Shown here piece after piece: positions 26,630 to 38,743 of a stretch of 64,000 nucleotides of DNA; position 1 is the stretch's first letter; each line of letters opens with the position of its first letter. The notes under the pieces are model-generated. The model saw only the letters and a list, made by a program, of their open reading frames with translations, was not told the DNA's origin and searched no databases. Location of the stretch: NCBI GenBank assembly GCA_002633005.1, contig NMRA01000057.1, positions 597,296 through 661,295 of the forward strand. Direction: 5' to 3'. A program made the translations under genes and the position numbers. The stretch is from Phoronis australis. Its lineage: Eukaryota; Animalia; Phoronida.

Positions 26630-28215
26630 GTTGTTTATTTGTATCATAAAAATGACAACTAGATGGTGCAAAACGTCCAATCCACCTGTAAATGGAACAT
26701 GCCATTGCTTCTTCAATAGAAAGCTATTTACTAAATTTCAGAAAAAACTTCAGAGAAGCAAAAACAGAAAAAAATGAAACTGCCACTAGGGGGCGCAACG
26801 TCCGCCTGAAAGTTGTCATCTATTGTTCCTTTATAATAAACACACTTACTAAATTTAATAAAGATATGGCAGTGGGTTTAAGAGATAGAGCTATGGGCGC
26901 AAAACAAAATAAAACCACCACTAGGAGGCGCCACAGTAGTTAAAGACCTCATCTTCAACTGTCCTTTTCACACTGAGAGCACACACGCCAATTTTCAAAA
27001 TCATCCTTAGAAAGATTCGGTTGATAGATGGATGCCAAAAAACAGGCTCAAAAACAGTAAAAATGGCCATTAGGTGGCCTCAAATACCTCGAATCTATTT
27101 GAAAATGGTAGGATAGCGTCAATTCTCCAATAGATGAATATATTCCAAATTTTATGTAACTCCATTGAGGACCTTTGGAGATAAACTTAAAAAACTAAAA
27201 TTGCCATTAGGGGGCACACTGGTGAAAAAATCTGTGCGAAAGTCCTTGTCGTCCCTTGTCAAGATCATATAAATGCATTTGCTAATTTAGTAAAGATCCT
27301 GCGAACGGTTTAGGAGATACAGCCATGGGCATTGGAAAATCATCGTCAGCCATCCTGTTCACAGTAAGAACATACATGCTAATTTTCACAATCATCTTAG
27401 AGCGGTTTGGTGGACAGAGAGATGGACGCCAAAAAAGCAGACTCGAAAATAGTATAAATGGCCACTAAGTGGTGCAAACACCTCAAATCCATCCAAAAAG
27501 GAGATGATAGCGTCTTCTTACTAATAGACACCTATATCCCAAATTTTATTAAAATGTGTTGAGGAACCTTAAAGATACAGAGGTAAACGTAAAAAAACTA
27601 AAATTGCCAATAGGGGGAGCAACAGTAGTCCCATCCCTGCAAAAGTCGTCGTCGTCTGTTGTCAACATCAATACCAAATTTAAAAAAGATTCTGCGAACG
27701 GTTCAGTAGATACAGCCATGGGCACAAAAAAACTGCCATTAGAAGGCACCACAGTAGCCGAAGTCATCGGAAAATCATTGTCAGCCATACTTTACATAGT
27801 AAGAACATACATGCCAATTTTCACAATCATCCTAACAGCGGTTTGGTTAATAGAGGGGTGGACTCGAAAACAGTAAAAATGGCCAATAGGTGGCGCAAAC
27901 TACATTGAATCCATCCAAAAACGAGAGGATAATGTCATCTCACTAATAGATGCCTATATTCCAAATTTTGTGAAATACGCTGAGGACCAGAGGTGAGCGT
28001 AAAAAACTAAAATTGCCACTAGGGGGCACATCCGTAGTCAGAGAGGTCCCAAATTTGTCCTCATCCGTCACTGCTTGATAGGAACACATCTGCCAAATGT
28101 CATCAAGATCCTGTCAGGGGTTTAGGAGATAGAGCTGTGGACGCCAGACGCCGGACACCCAGACAGAGATGACTGCAGTAAGCTACCACATATAAATATG
28201 TGGGCACATATAAAT
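26630..28215 (+). repeat. Second array of the same family, ~410-bp higher-order unit of three ~140-bp subunits (tail repeated at 36064-36385)
   Basis: The subunit starting AAAATGGCCA recurs at ~27060, ~27455 and ~27876; ends with a CAGAC tract and CCACATATAAATATGTGG hairpin. Confidence 0.7.
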
Positions 28216-28597
28216 GTCTAACAATCTTGTCTAGAGATAGCTACACCACACAACAATAAGTTCTAAGCTGAAAAGTCATCTTTGTTGAGAAATTTAACAA
28301 GGAAAAAGATAAAATTTCAGTAGCTATCTTGTATCCCAAGTTGGTGAATTTTTACCAAAACAAAAAACTGGCATTTGTAATGACTGAGAATACGACAGTT
28401 GTGCCATGACTATCTCTTATCTCACTGCCTCGTAATACAGTAGACCAGTGAAATTTTCAGTCAAATTTCTCAATAAAAAGATCAAGATCTAGAATTTTTT
28501 TAGTATTATGACAGGAAAACTAAAAATACGACACTTATTTGTTAATTATTTTCGCGCGCAATACTGAAGACTTACTGTAACCTACTGTGCTACTTAC

Positions 28598-28735
28598 TCT
28601 GTGGCGAGTTGATACGTTTTAAAGATGGGGGGATCCAGGCGGTTGTATATCCTCCAAGAAGTCCCATTATTGCTGCTGTAGATGATTCTCATCCCAGGAA
28701 ACATTGTAGTCATTCTCACCCTGCCACCATCAACA
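28598..28735 (-). CDS. GH20 hexosaminidase coding exon 8, copy B
   Basis: Same 138-nt exon as 36769-36906. Confidence 0.88.
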
Positions 28736-29247
28736 CTACAACACCAAACATTTGATTCACAAAGCTGATAGGGGGCACTTCACATCAACAAAAGAACATC
28801 AGCTGCATTTAAATAGCTTAAATCTTTGTAACTATTAACCAGACAGGTGTAATATGCTTGGGCCATCTTCAAATGACGGATAATGTATTTCCATCCCTAC
28901 CTATGACCTGATTCTAAGGAACTAGTGGGTAAATCGGACCAACTGGCATCATCTGCTGGCATGCTATATCTCGTGGAGGTCAGATGGTGAACAATTACTC
29001 ATCAAGTGGAGGCTCCTGATGAAACTATCATGAAGGTATTAACTCTTTACATATAAGACGAAATCTAACTAATGCAAATCCATTAGTGCAGATTTTACCT
29101 GCAAGCAGAGATCCTGGCTGTTGGCATATATGACAACACGCTTTCCATATAACTCAACATTACTGTAGAAAAGCGCTAAGGAAATCTGTACAGTCAAATA
29201 ACTGATGGGACTAAACAACCTAGTTGACCTCTTGACCCTGGACTCAC

Positions 29248-29500
29248 ACTGCTCCTGGTGGTGGGAGATAGTAGGCCACCTTCATCTTGTCAAGTCGGGG
29301 AAACTCCCTGGTGACGAGAACGTGCGAAAACCGTCGCCAGTCCTGTATAACCATCGGCTCCCTGAGATTTCTGTTTGTTACCTCCTCCCACTCCGCCTTG
29401 TGCCACGCCCTTTCTGCCACGGCGAGCAATCGTGGGAAGACCATCTCCTCCAGCTGCTGGCCAGTGCGCATGGTCTCCGTCCACACACACGTCTCCATTC
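29248..29500 (-). CDS. GH20 hexosaminidase coding exon 7, copy B
   Basis: Near-identical to 37419-37671, intact splice sites. Confidence 0.9.
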
Positions 29501-29814
29501 CTAGTTACAAGACATGAATGCTGAGAACAGTGTAACCCAATAGTTTCTTGTGATCTTGGATATCATGGACGTATCACCACGCCAAGAATTTTTTTGGTGA
29601 AAAAATTACTTAATTTCAAAGATATGCTCATGGGCTAAGCACACAAGTAACTAGTATATAATAAATTGTGTTCTTGAATTTCATAAGTTTGTCCCATCTT
29701 GACATGTCTTCAAGGCTTATCTTTGGCTATTGGGCTGTAAGCTCGTCAAGGTTGTACCACTCAAAAATTTCTGCATGAGAATCATATGAGGTAACTCGTC
29801 TTAGAGAATGTTAA

Positions 29815-31764
29815 GTTAGGTGGATACACAAAAAAAATAATTTTGACTGTTTTTTACATTTTCATATCATCCTAATCTTTAATTCTTGATGCACAGTATA
29901 CTGAAGAAAACTAAACTCATTCTGAAAATCCAAAGTTGTTTTTTTAGCTATATTTGACCAAGCCTCAGTAAGTCGTATGGCTCGAGTGCTCACCAGCTCA
30001 GTGATTAACAACTGGGGCGGAGCTTATATACAAGGACACTAGCTCTAATCTAACCCTGTCAACAAGCATTGCGTAACCGGGCAATCGAGAGTGATGTACC
30101 AGCTGATACTGGTGTTGTAGCAAGACCAAGAATAAAACAATTCTATTTTTGACCATGTGAATGTTATTACTGAAATGGTGAACTAGCTCCTGTTCCGAGC
30201 CTGAGCCTGTTTGTCTATCTGCAAAAAAATTAAGTTGAGTACGCCAAGCCCTACCGAAGCCATCACTGCACTCAGCTTGAGGAGTCAGAAATTGTGCATG
30301 TATAAGAGAAGTCGGTAATATAAGGTCAGTTGTCTTGCGAGAGGACGCTGAGTGTCGACGTGGGTGGTGTTGCACGATTCGGTGAGAGTGCATGCACGCG
30401 CTGTGACGACAAGCCGCGCGCGCGACACATGGACAACTACATGCCGTCAGAGTACAGTCTTCGCAGATAAACCGTGCTTCTGCGCTGGGAACGTGCCGTG
30501 GAGAAACTAGGCTGTCAAACCCAGAGGATTTTTAACTTGCCACTGGCCGTAACCCAAAGAATTAGAGAAATGACCCAGTGTTCAACATAACAAAAATTTT
30601 TCTAGTGCATAGATTCAAACGTAACCCTGAATTAAAACTCATGATATTATACAATTTTAGAGGAAAGCAATATAAGAAACTTTAGTAACTTGAGAATCTC
30701 ACCCAAGCGGCGCTATTTGCGCAGAAAGTGATATTTTCTTATCCCAAAGTCCATTCGGTACAGGCACGTAAAAATGTTGAACCATTACTATGAAAGTAGT
30801 TCTTTATCCTCGTCGCCAATATTGTTATGTAGGCAGTAACGCGGCGATTTGATATAACACATATATTGGTTGATGATAATATTGGAATACTAACAAATAG
30901 GTCTGTGTAATATAGTTAGAGAGTCTTTTACAAACTGAGTGGAGAGTTCAGATGAATCGTATAAACAATCAACACATGGTGGTCGGCACACCAGTACAGC
31001 AGACAATAGATCAACGCTAAGCTCCGCCCACGTGACAGCCATATTTGTTTTGGTCGTCTGTCGTGCATCACAAGTTCGAAAAAATGATTAAAATTACGCT
31101 GTAAACAAACAGGTATGTCACATTTTCTAAATATGAAGTAAATATCAGCTTTATTTCTAGTACTTCAACAAAAATTGGAACATAATGACCACGCATTCTG
31201 AACGAAATTTGATCTCAAGTGGCAATCGATGACCGCTTAACTTCAAAGCCGTTTTTCTCGGCTCGTGATTTCAGGATAGTGACACGATTCTCGGGCCTAT
31301 TTTTCCACAACACGTGGGTCAATTTTAACGAAAGTTGCAAATTTGAAATCCTCTTGGACTGAAGTAAAATCGCGTGCCAGGGTTTTTTGATAAATGGACC
31401 AGATTTTTAGTTATTAGACGGAAAGTGACCAAATGACAAAAAGTGGCGTGCTTGCCCCAACTCACACACAAAAAATGCCACAAAATCAAGATCATAATGA
31501 TTTTGTACATATATTTGGTATGGATAAGTAGAATATTGCGTAAGGAAATAGTTGATGATGATCCCTGTGCATTTTGAAAAAAAATTTGAGGTAAAATTGG
31601 ATTTGTTGAAAATTAAAAAATACGATTTTTAAAAAAAACGAACTACAAAAAAAACATTTTTTTTCGATTTCTGTCACTTTCAGAGTCATGTCTAACTAGT
31701 TAAAACTCCCTTTTTACTCATTTTAGTTAGGAACCTGGAGATTTGATCAGTGTATACACCTACC
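29815..31764. mobile_element. Non-autonomous TTAA-targeting DNA transposon, Kolobok-like (1950 bp)
   Basis: TTAA TSD (29811-14 and 31765-68); TIRs GTTAGGTGGATACAC and revcomp GGTAGGTGTATACAC (13/15); empty site atgTTAAggaaac in copy A at 37981-37993; purine-start termini fit Kolobok better than piggyBac (CC start). Confidence 0.85.
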
Positions 31765-32684
31765 TTAAGGAAACAGACATGTCATAAACTCAGTTTCAGT
31801 CGGCTTGTAAAACTTGATTTCTAACTATTTGTAATTCTGTCTACATACACAATGAAAACAAGCCCAGTGCTTGAAATAAAGAGTAAATGTTCCGTCACTG
31901 TTAAATTTAAGCCAATAATCCTTTTGGGAACTGGTGATAAGACAAAGTTTTCCACTGGACGTAAAACATTGTGGGTAAGTGATACAAGACAGGAGCGGTG
32001 ATGCTTGCTGCTGCTATAAGCCAGATAACTCTCCAGAAAGGGTGAATGTTCTGCATTTTGAAAAAAATGCTAATACAATGAAAAAACAACAAAAATCTAC
32101 ACAACACCGCAGCAATAAATTTGAACTAAAAACTTTAGAAAACTGTATCAGTGTTTTTGAGTCTTATCTTGAACATACATACCAAATAAAATTTGATCAT
32201 GATGTTTGATACCATTGCTTTGCAGTCAAATAATGTACAATTGCCTAATTGCACTAAAAAGAAAAGGTCACCTAACCGAATTAATGGCAGACTGGTAAAA
32301 ACTAAAAATCAAATTCTACAGACTTTCAACCAAACACATAGAACAGACTAAATGTGAAATACAACATCATAGTCACGGGCTGGTTCAGCCAAGAATCTGT
32401 GTCGCAGCCACTCGCGAATGGATGAGGTCATGTTTTGCAAAAGTTTTCTGAGTGGGTAAGAGCGATACAGAGCAAGTAGTACAAATGGCACACTCATCAA
32501 AACCACACTGAACTGCCTTGTTTACAATCCTAACATCTACCTCTGAATGATTTGAAATTATTGGGATCTGAATAGCCCAAACCAGAAACTTTGTGTCTAC
32601 TTTAAAGCTCTCATTAGAACACAGGTAAAACAACTGACAGAATTGTTTTATTTGGAGAAACAGGGAGCAGAAGATGATTGTTAA

Positions 32685-33130
32685 GGCTCTTTCACACTAA
32701 CTATACTCTGGTATTAGCGGAGTATTGACGTAAACTGTGACGTAACAATTGAACTGTTCATACCAAATAATATGGTTACCGTAGTAAACGAAGAAATCGC
32801 AAGGTAGCGCTGACGCACCCCATTTAACAATTTGAGAAAATTTACCTGTGTTTATTAATTTAATTAACTTAGTTCTAATTCGATTGGTGATTATTTGAGC
32901 AAAATATAGGCAAATATTAGCTATGACACTGCCTTTTAATTGTTGACTTAGCAGTGGCCCCTGGCGATAACTTCGAAAAGACAGAAGTCAACTGGTCATA
33001 CTGCACTGCAGTTACATCTACCTGTTTACTGCGAGATTAACTGGCGCTATTAACTTTGAACCAAGTTAACTGTTCATACTGACTGTAACTCTCCAAAACA
33101 TCAATGTGTCTACCTTAGTTTGAAAGGGCC
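32685..33130. mobile_element. MITE, 446 bp, PIF/Harbinger-like TIRs
   Basis: GGCTCTTTCACACTAA ... TTAGTTTGAAAGGGCC (14/16 inverted match); flanks TTAA/TTGA are an imperfect TSD. Confidence 0.6.
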
Positions 33131-33703
33131 TTGAGGGAAATAGCACTGTCATACAACTTGCATGTGTCCAGAACATGCCCTTTAAAGGAGATTCTTTCAA
33201 CAGGTAGACATTTTAGGACTGGTTTTATCCACATTCTTTCAGACACAGCTTCTATTGTGAGTCCGTGATGCATATAATTAGCTGATGCTGGAAACTACTT
33301 TGCAATGGAAACACAGACCCAGGAGGTTTTCAAACCTATTCAGATATCCCAAAAGCAACAGCTACTTATAACTTCACTCTGCAACCTAGTGAATAGACCC
33401 ACTCTATTGGTCACTGGCCCCCCAGTGAGACTGGACTGTGGATAGAACTAGTCCAGCTGACCAAGTGACATAATATTGGAGAAATTCAAAAGATTTTTCC
33501 AAATTGATCTCCTAATTAAAAGGTAATGTTTACAGCATGTGACTTGCCTTGTCCTCCAGTCAGAGCATAAGTTAGAGTGTTATCTAAAACTCCTAAAATA
33601 TACACTGATGTTTCCTGTACGAATAGGATAATGCCGTGTGGATTATGAGAAACTGCCTTTCGTTTCACATGCAAAAAACACAAAATACACTAAACAAACT
33701 TAC

Positions 33704-33947
33704 CCACAATATTCTCTGCATTTACCAGTCTAGTGCACTTTCCACTGCTGATACAGCTGTCAATCTCTTCAGGTTGGATAACTCTGCCATTACCATCGTG
33801 TTGCTGGTTCTCATAAGACATATCTGGCATAAATGAGAACGTCTTGAAGGTGGATATCTCACGTGACGCCCACGAGTTGCCCCGGTCATCCGGGTGATTC
33901 TCATTAGGCTGATCCAGGTACAGGTGAGTAGCATGGGACATAATCAC
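33704..33947 (-). CDS. GH20 hexosaminidase coding exon 6, copy B
   Basis: Near-identical to 38500-38743, intact splice sites. Confidence 0.9.
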
Positions 33948-34398
33948 CTGTGTGTTAAAATTGTTCTTGAAAGAAAAATGAAGAAGCATCTCTCATGTGA
34001 AATTGTGTGGCGACAACAAAAGTTTCGACCCATTCCCTGAGGGCAGTAATAATTCATATTGCATATGGTATTTAATGTCAGTCTTAACAAGAGTAGAGTA
34101 AAACTGCTTCAGTTAGTAAACAATATTGAACAATTTGTTTGGGGTAAAATTTCTTGGAATATGAACAAATATTTAGTTCACTGTTAGTATAATAATTGTA
34201 CAGGCACCATCAGCAAATATATTGGGTTCATAAAAAAACCTGTTGTGAGCATTTTGTACAATTACATAAAATCTCAAGCCTTTAGGAGACAAGAAAGCAG
34301 ACAAGAGAGTGCACTATTTTTTCCTTTTTACAAAACAATAAGTGAAACCCAATTGCTTTATCATTTCCAAGTTCTACATCATAGCAACCACAAGACAA

Positions 34399-34637
34399 GA
34401 GGAGGCAGTGTGGCATGGTTGATAAGTGCCCGCTTTCTTTACTCGAGGTCATGGGTTCAAGTCCCACCAGGTCACACTGCTAAACCCTTGAGCCAGGTTT
34501 CTAGCTCCTCAGCTCGGTTTTAACCATATATTAATAAAGTATAAAAAATATTTCCAGGTGATCAGTGCAATGGGCCCACATGCGAGGCCTGCGCACATCT
34601 GGTACGTGTATCAGACCGCCTGCAATTATATATATAT
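34399..34637 (+). mobile_element. tRNA-derived SINE, full length (239 bp)
   Basis: 13-bp TSD AACCACAAGACAA (34386-98 and 34638-50); A box TGGCATGGTTGA, B box GGTTCAAGTCC; (TA)n tail; empty site in copy A at 39168-39180. Confidence 0.92.
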
Positions 34638-34857
34638 AACCACAAGACAATAAGTTGCTAAATTGTGAGCATTCATGACATTAGAAGCCCCAATTTGAAT
34701 AATGGAATTGATCAATTTTATCGATGCCTTTTGTACCGAAATAGCATTGTTATCCACCAAGCAGAGAACTTTTGAAAACTGGAAAAACAATAATTTCAAA
34801 ACATGCATTTTTGAAATTGAAGATACTTGACTGATAATTAAACAATTAACACATTAC

Positions 34858-35583
34858 CTTGTATCCTGCATTCGCCAGCTTGTAGGGAACGGACGCCGTA
34901 CCCCAGCGGTAGATGATTTTCCATGCATTGGCGTATTTAGGGCTGGTATCTCCTTCCTTTATATTCAACAACTCTAACTCTTTACTTAAATACGCATCCT
35001 CCCATCCAGCCAGACTCAATTTATGCTTTGCTAAGATATCGGCTACGCGCGATATAAAGTAACTTTTTATGTGCTCCGCAGTTTGCACTGTGGGTTCACG
35101 TTTTCTTAGATCGGCACATGCAGGAGAATTCTGCCATACTCCTCGCGGCACTTCGTCGCCACCAATGTTGAACCGAGATAGTGGTGCCACCTTTTTATGA
35201 ATGTCAATAACTTGCTCAACCAGGAGACGGATGAATCTGTATGTAGACTCTAGGCACGGATTAATGACACCATCATTGAAAAACTGAGGTGTCTCAAACT
35301 GCGACGTGTCTTCTGGGTCATTTAATCGGAAATCGCGCATCGACTCAGGTACATCTTTTTTGCTGTAACGCAACTCCATTGCTTTAATTGCTGCTCTGGC
35401 ATGGCTAGGAAAGTCAAATTCGGGTATGACTTCGATGTGTCTCCTTTTGGCAAAGTGCAGAATCTCCAAATAGTCCTTGATAGTGTAGAAACCACTTCCT
35501 TGATCAGGTAACCTGGGGTGAGAACCAAGTTGCGGCAAAAGACACTTGGTTTCTGACAGGTCATGACACCTTTTGGAGCCAAG
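34858..35583 (-). CDS. GH20 hexosaminidase coding exon 5, copy B (duplicate or second haplotype)
   Basis: Same 726-nt exon and splice sites as 39388-40113, intact frame, about 9 aa differences. Confidence 0.9.
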
Positions 35584-35894
35584 CTGTAATGAGAAGGCAT
35601 CGGCACTGTTTAAAGATATGTTGTAATTATAAAGAAATGGTACAAATCAACAGCAATAGTTGTTTTAAAAAATGGACAGACAGTTGACATAACTCTGACA
35701 AACATTGATGCTCTTCACGCCAGAAATATTTGGAAATAAAATGGCACCTTTTTTCGCAATGGAACAGCACTGTAGTCAAACAATTTCCAGAAATGATTAA
35801 CTGTTGTTGTACCTAGACTTTATTGCCATGACATTACTCCAAATCACTAACTGGATGAAGGTAGCCTTAGCTGCTACTGTCAGGTTTATTTTAA

Positions 35895-36062
35895 AGGCGA
35901 AGGCAACCTTTTTCCATGTCATTTTGAGCTAAAATAAGGTTGGTTGGTTATCCTAGACATATTTTCCACTTAATTACAGCTTTTCGTAATTTTATTAATT
36001 ACTCGTCTGCTACTCCGGAAGTGACGTTTTAGGAGGCAAGCATTTCGCGCCAATTTCTTTTC
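35895..36062. mobile_element. End of a second TTAA-inserted (Kolobok-like) element, truncated by the assembly gap
   Basis: Copy B leaves copy A exactly after TTAA and continues AGGCGAAGGCAACC; the other terminus is not visible. Confidence 0.5.
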
Positions 36063-36768
36063 NGCGCAAACTACATTGAATCCATCCAAAAACGAGAGGA
36101 TAATGTCATCTCACTAATAGATGCCTATATTCCAAATTTTGTGAAATACGCTGAGGACCAGAGGTGAGCGTAAAAAACTAAAATTGCCACTAGGGGGCAC
36201 ATCCGTAGTCAGAGAGGTCCCAAATTTGTCCTCATCCGTCACTGCTTGATAGGAACACATCTGCCAAATGTCATCAAGATCCTGTCAGGGGTTTAGGAGA
36301 TAGAGCTGTGGACGCCAGACGCCGGACACCCAGACAGAGATGACTGCAGTAAGCTACCACATATAAATATGTGGGCACATATAAATGTCTAACAATCTTG
36401 TCTAGAGATAGCTACACCACACAACAATAAGTTCTAAGCTGAAAAGTCATCTTTGTTGAGAAATTTAACAAGGAAAAAGATAAAATTTCAGTAGCTATCT
36501 TGTATCCCAAGTTGGTGAATTTTTACCAAAACAAAAAACTGGCATTTGTAATGACTGAGAATACGACAGTTGTGCCATGACTATCTCTTATCTCACTGCC
36601 TCGTAATACAGTAGCCCAGTGAAATTTTCAGTCAAATTTCTCAATAAAAAGATCAAGATCTAGAATTTTTTTAGTATTATGACAGGAAAACTAAAAATAC
36701 GACACTTATGTGTTAATTATTTTTGTGCGCAATACTGAAGACTTACTGTAACCTACTGTGCTACTTAC

Positions 36769-36906
36769 TCTGTGGCGAGTTGATACGTTTTAAAGATGGG
36801 GGGATCCAGGCGGTTGTATATCCTCCAAGAAGTCCCATTATTGCTGCTGTAGATGATTCTCATCCCAGGAAACATTGTAGTCATTCTCACCCTGCCACCA
36901 TCAACA
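36769..36906 (-). CDS. GH20 hexosaminidase coding exon 8, copy A (C-terminal chitobiase domain IV)
   Basis: Hand translation VDGGRVRMTTMFPGMRIIYSSNNGTSWRIY...LAT fits the chitobiase C-terminal FPGxxIxYSxdgGxxW pattern; gttgtag/gtaagt, phase 2-2, 138 nt. Confidence 0.88.
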
Positions 36907-37418
36907 CTACAACACCAGACATTTGATTCACAAAGCTAATAGGGGGCACTTCACATCAACAAAAGAACATCAGTTGCATTTAAATAGCTTAAATCTTTGT
37001 AACTATTAACCAGACAGGTGTAATTTGCTTGGACCACCTTCAGATGACAGATGATGTATTTTCATGCCTACCTATGACCTGATTCTAAGGAAGTAGTGGG
37101 TAAACCGGACCAACTGGCATCATCTGCTGGCATGCTATATCTCGTCGAGGTCAGATTGTGAACAATTACTCATCAAGTGGAGGCTCCTGATGAAACTATC
37201 ATGAAGGTATTAACTCTTTACATATAAGACGAAATCTAACTAATGCAAATCCATTAGTGCAGATTTTACCTGCAAGCAGAGATCCTGGCTGTTGGCATAT
37301 ATGACAACATGCTTTCCATGTAACTCAACATTACTGTAGAAAGGAGCTAAGGAAATCTGTACAGTCAAATAACTGATGGGACTCAACAACCTAGTTGACC
37401 TCTTGACCCTGGACTCAC

Positions 37419-37671
37419 ACTGCTCCTGGTGGTGGGAGATAGTAGGCCACCTTCATCTTGTCAAGTCGGGGAAACTCCCTGGTGACGAGAACGTGCGAAA
37501 ACCGTCGCCAGTCCTGTATAACCATCGGCTCCCTGAGATTTCTGTTTGTTACCTCCTCCCACTCCGCCTTGTGCCACGCCCTTTCCGCCACGGCGAGCAA
37601 TCGTGGAAAGACCATCTCCTCCAGCTGCTGAGCAGTGCGCATGGTCTCCGTCCACACACATGCCTCCATTC
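37419..37671 (-). CDS. GH20 hexosaminidase coding exon 7, copy A
   Basis: GMEACVWTETMRT...MVFPRLLAVAERAWH...YYLPPPGAV; actag/gtgagt boundaries. Confidence 0.93.
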
Positions 37672-38499
37672 CTAGTTACAAGACATGAATGCTGAGAACA
37701 GTGTAACCCAACAGTTTCTTGTGATCTTGGATATCATGGACGTACCACCACGCCAAGAATTTTTTTTGGTGAAAAAATCACTTAATTTCAAAGATATGCT
37801 CATGGGCTCAGCACACAAGTAACTAGTATATAATAAATTGTGTTTTTGAATTTCATAAGTTGGTCCCATTTTGACATGCCCTCAAGGCTTATCTTTGGCC
37901 ATTGGGCTGTATGCTCGTCAAGGTTGTGCCACTCAAAAATGTTCTGCATGAGAATCATATGAGGTAACTTGTCTTAGAGAATGTTAAGGAAACAGACATG
38001 TCATAAACTCAGTTTCAGTCGGCTTGTAAAACTTAATTTCTAACTATTTGTAATACTGTCTGCATAACAGCTAACTACACAATGAAAACAAGCCCAAACA
38101 GAAAATGGAAACACAGACCCTGGAGGTTTTCAAACCTATTCAGATATCCCATAAGCAACTGCTACTTAATACCTTCACTTTGCAACCTAGTGAATAGACC
38201 CACTCTATTGGTCACTAGCCCCCCAGTGAGACTGGACTGTGGATAGAACTAGTCCAGCTGACCAAGTGATATAATATTGGAGAAATTCAAAAGATTTTTC
38301 CAAATTGATCTCCTTTAAAGGTAATATGTACAGCCTGTGACTTGCCTGGTCACCTAATCAGAGCATACATTAGTGTTATCTAAAACTCCTAAAGTCACTC
38401 TGATGTTTCCTGTAGGAATAGGATAATGCCGTGTGGATTATGAGAAACTGCCTTACGTTTTACATGCAAAAAAACACAAAATACACTAAACAAACTTAC

Positions 38500-38743
38500 C
38501 CACAATATTCTCTGCATTTACCAGTCTAGTGCACTTCCCGCTGCTGATACAGCTGTCAATCTCTTCAGGTCGGATAACTCTGCCATTACCATCGTGTTGC
38601 TGGTTCTCATAAGACATGTCTGGCATAAATGAGAACGTCTTGAAGGTGGATATCTCGCGTGACGCCCACGAGTTGCCCCGCTCATCCGGGTGATTCTCAT
38701 TAGGCTGATCCAGGTACAGGTGAGTAGCATGGGACATAATCAC
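38500..38743 (-). CDS. GH20 hexosaminidase coding exon 6, copy A
   Basis: VIMSHATHLYLDQPNENHPDERGNSWASR...TFSFMPD...ENIVG; acacag/gtaagt boundaries. Confidence 0.93.

Noticed and set aside
27549-27876. ORFs of 79 and 106 aa (also 21467-21802, 22654-22944, 26469-26943)
   Set aside because: They fall inside the tandem arrays and are incidental translations of repeat subunits.
28598-35583. A second complete hexosaminidase paralog
   Set aside because: Copy B has no exons 1-4 of its own in the window and copy A has no exon 9; the boundary is an assembly N.
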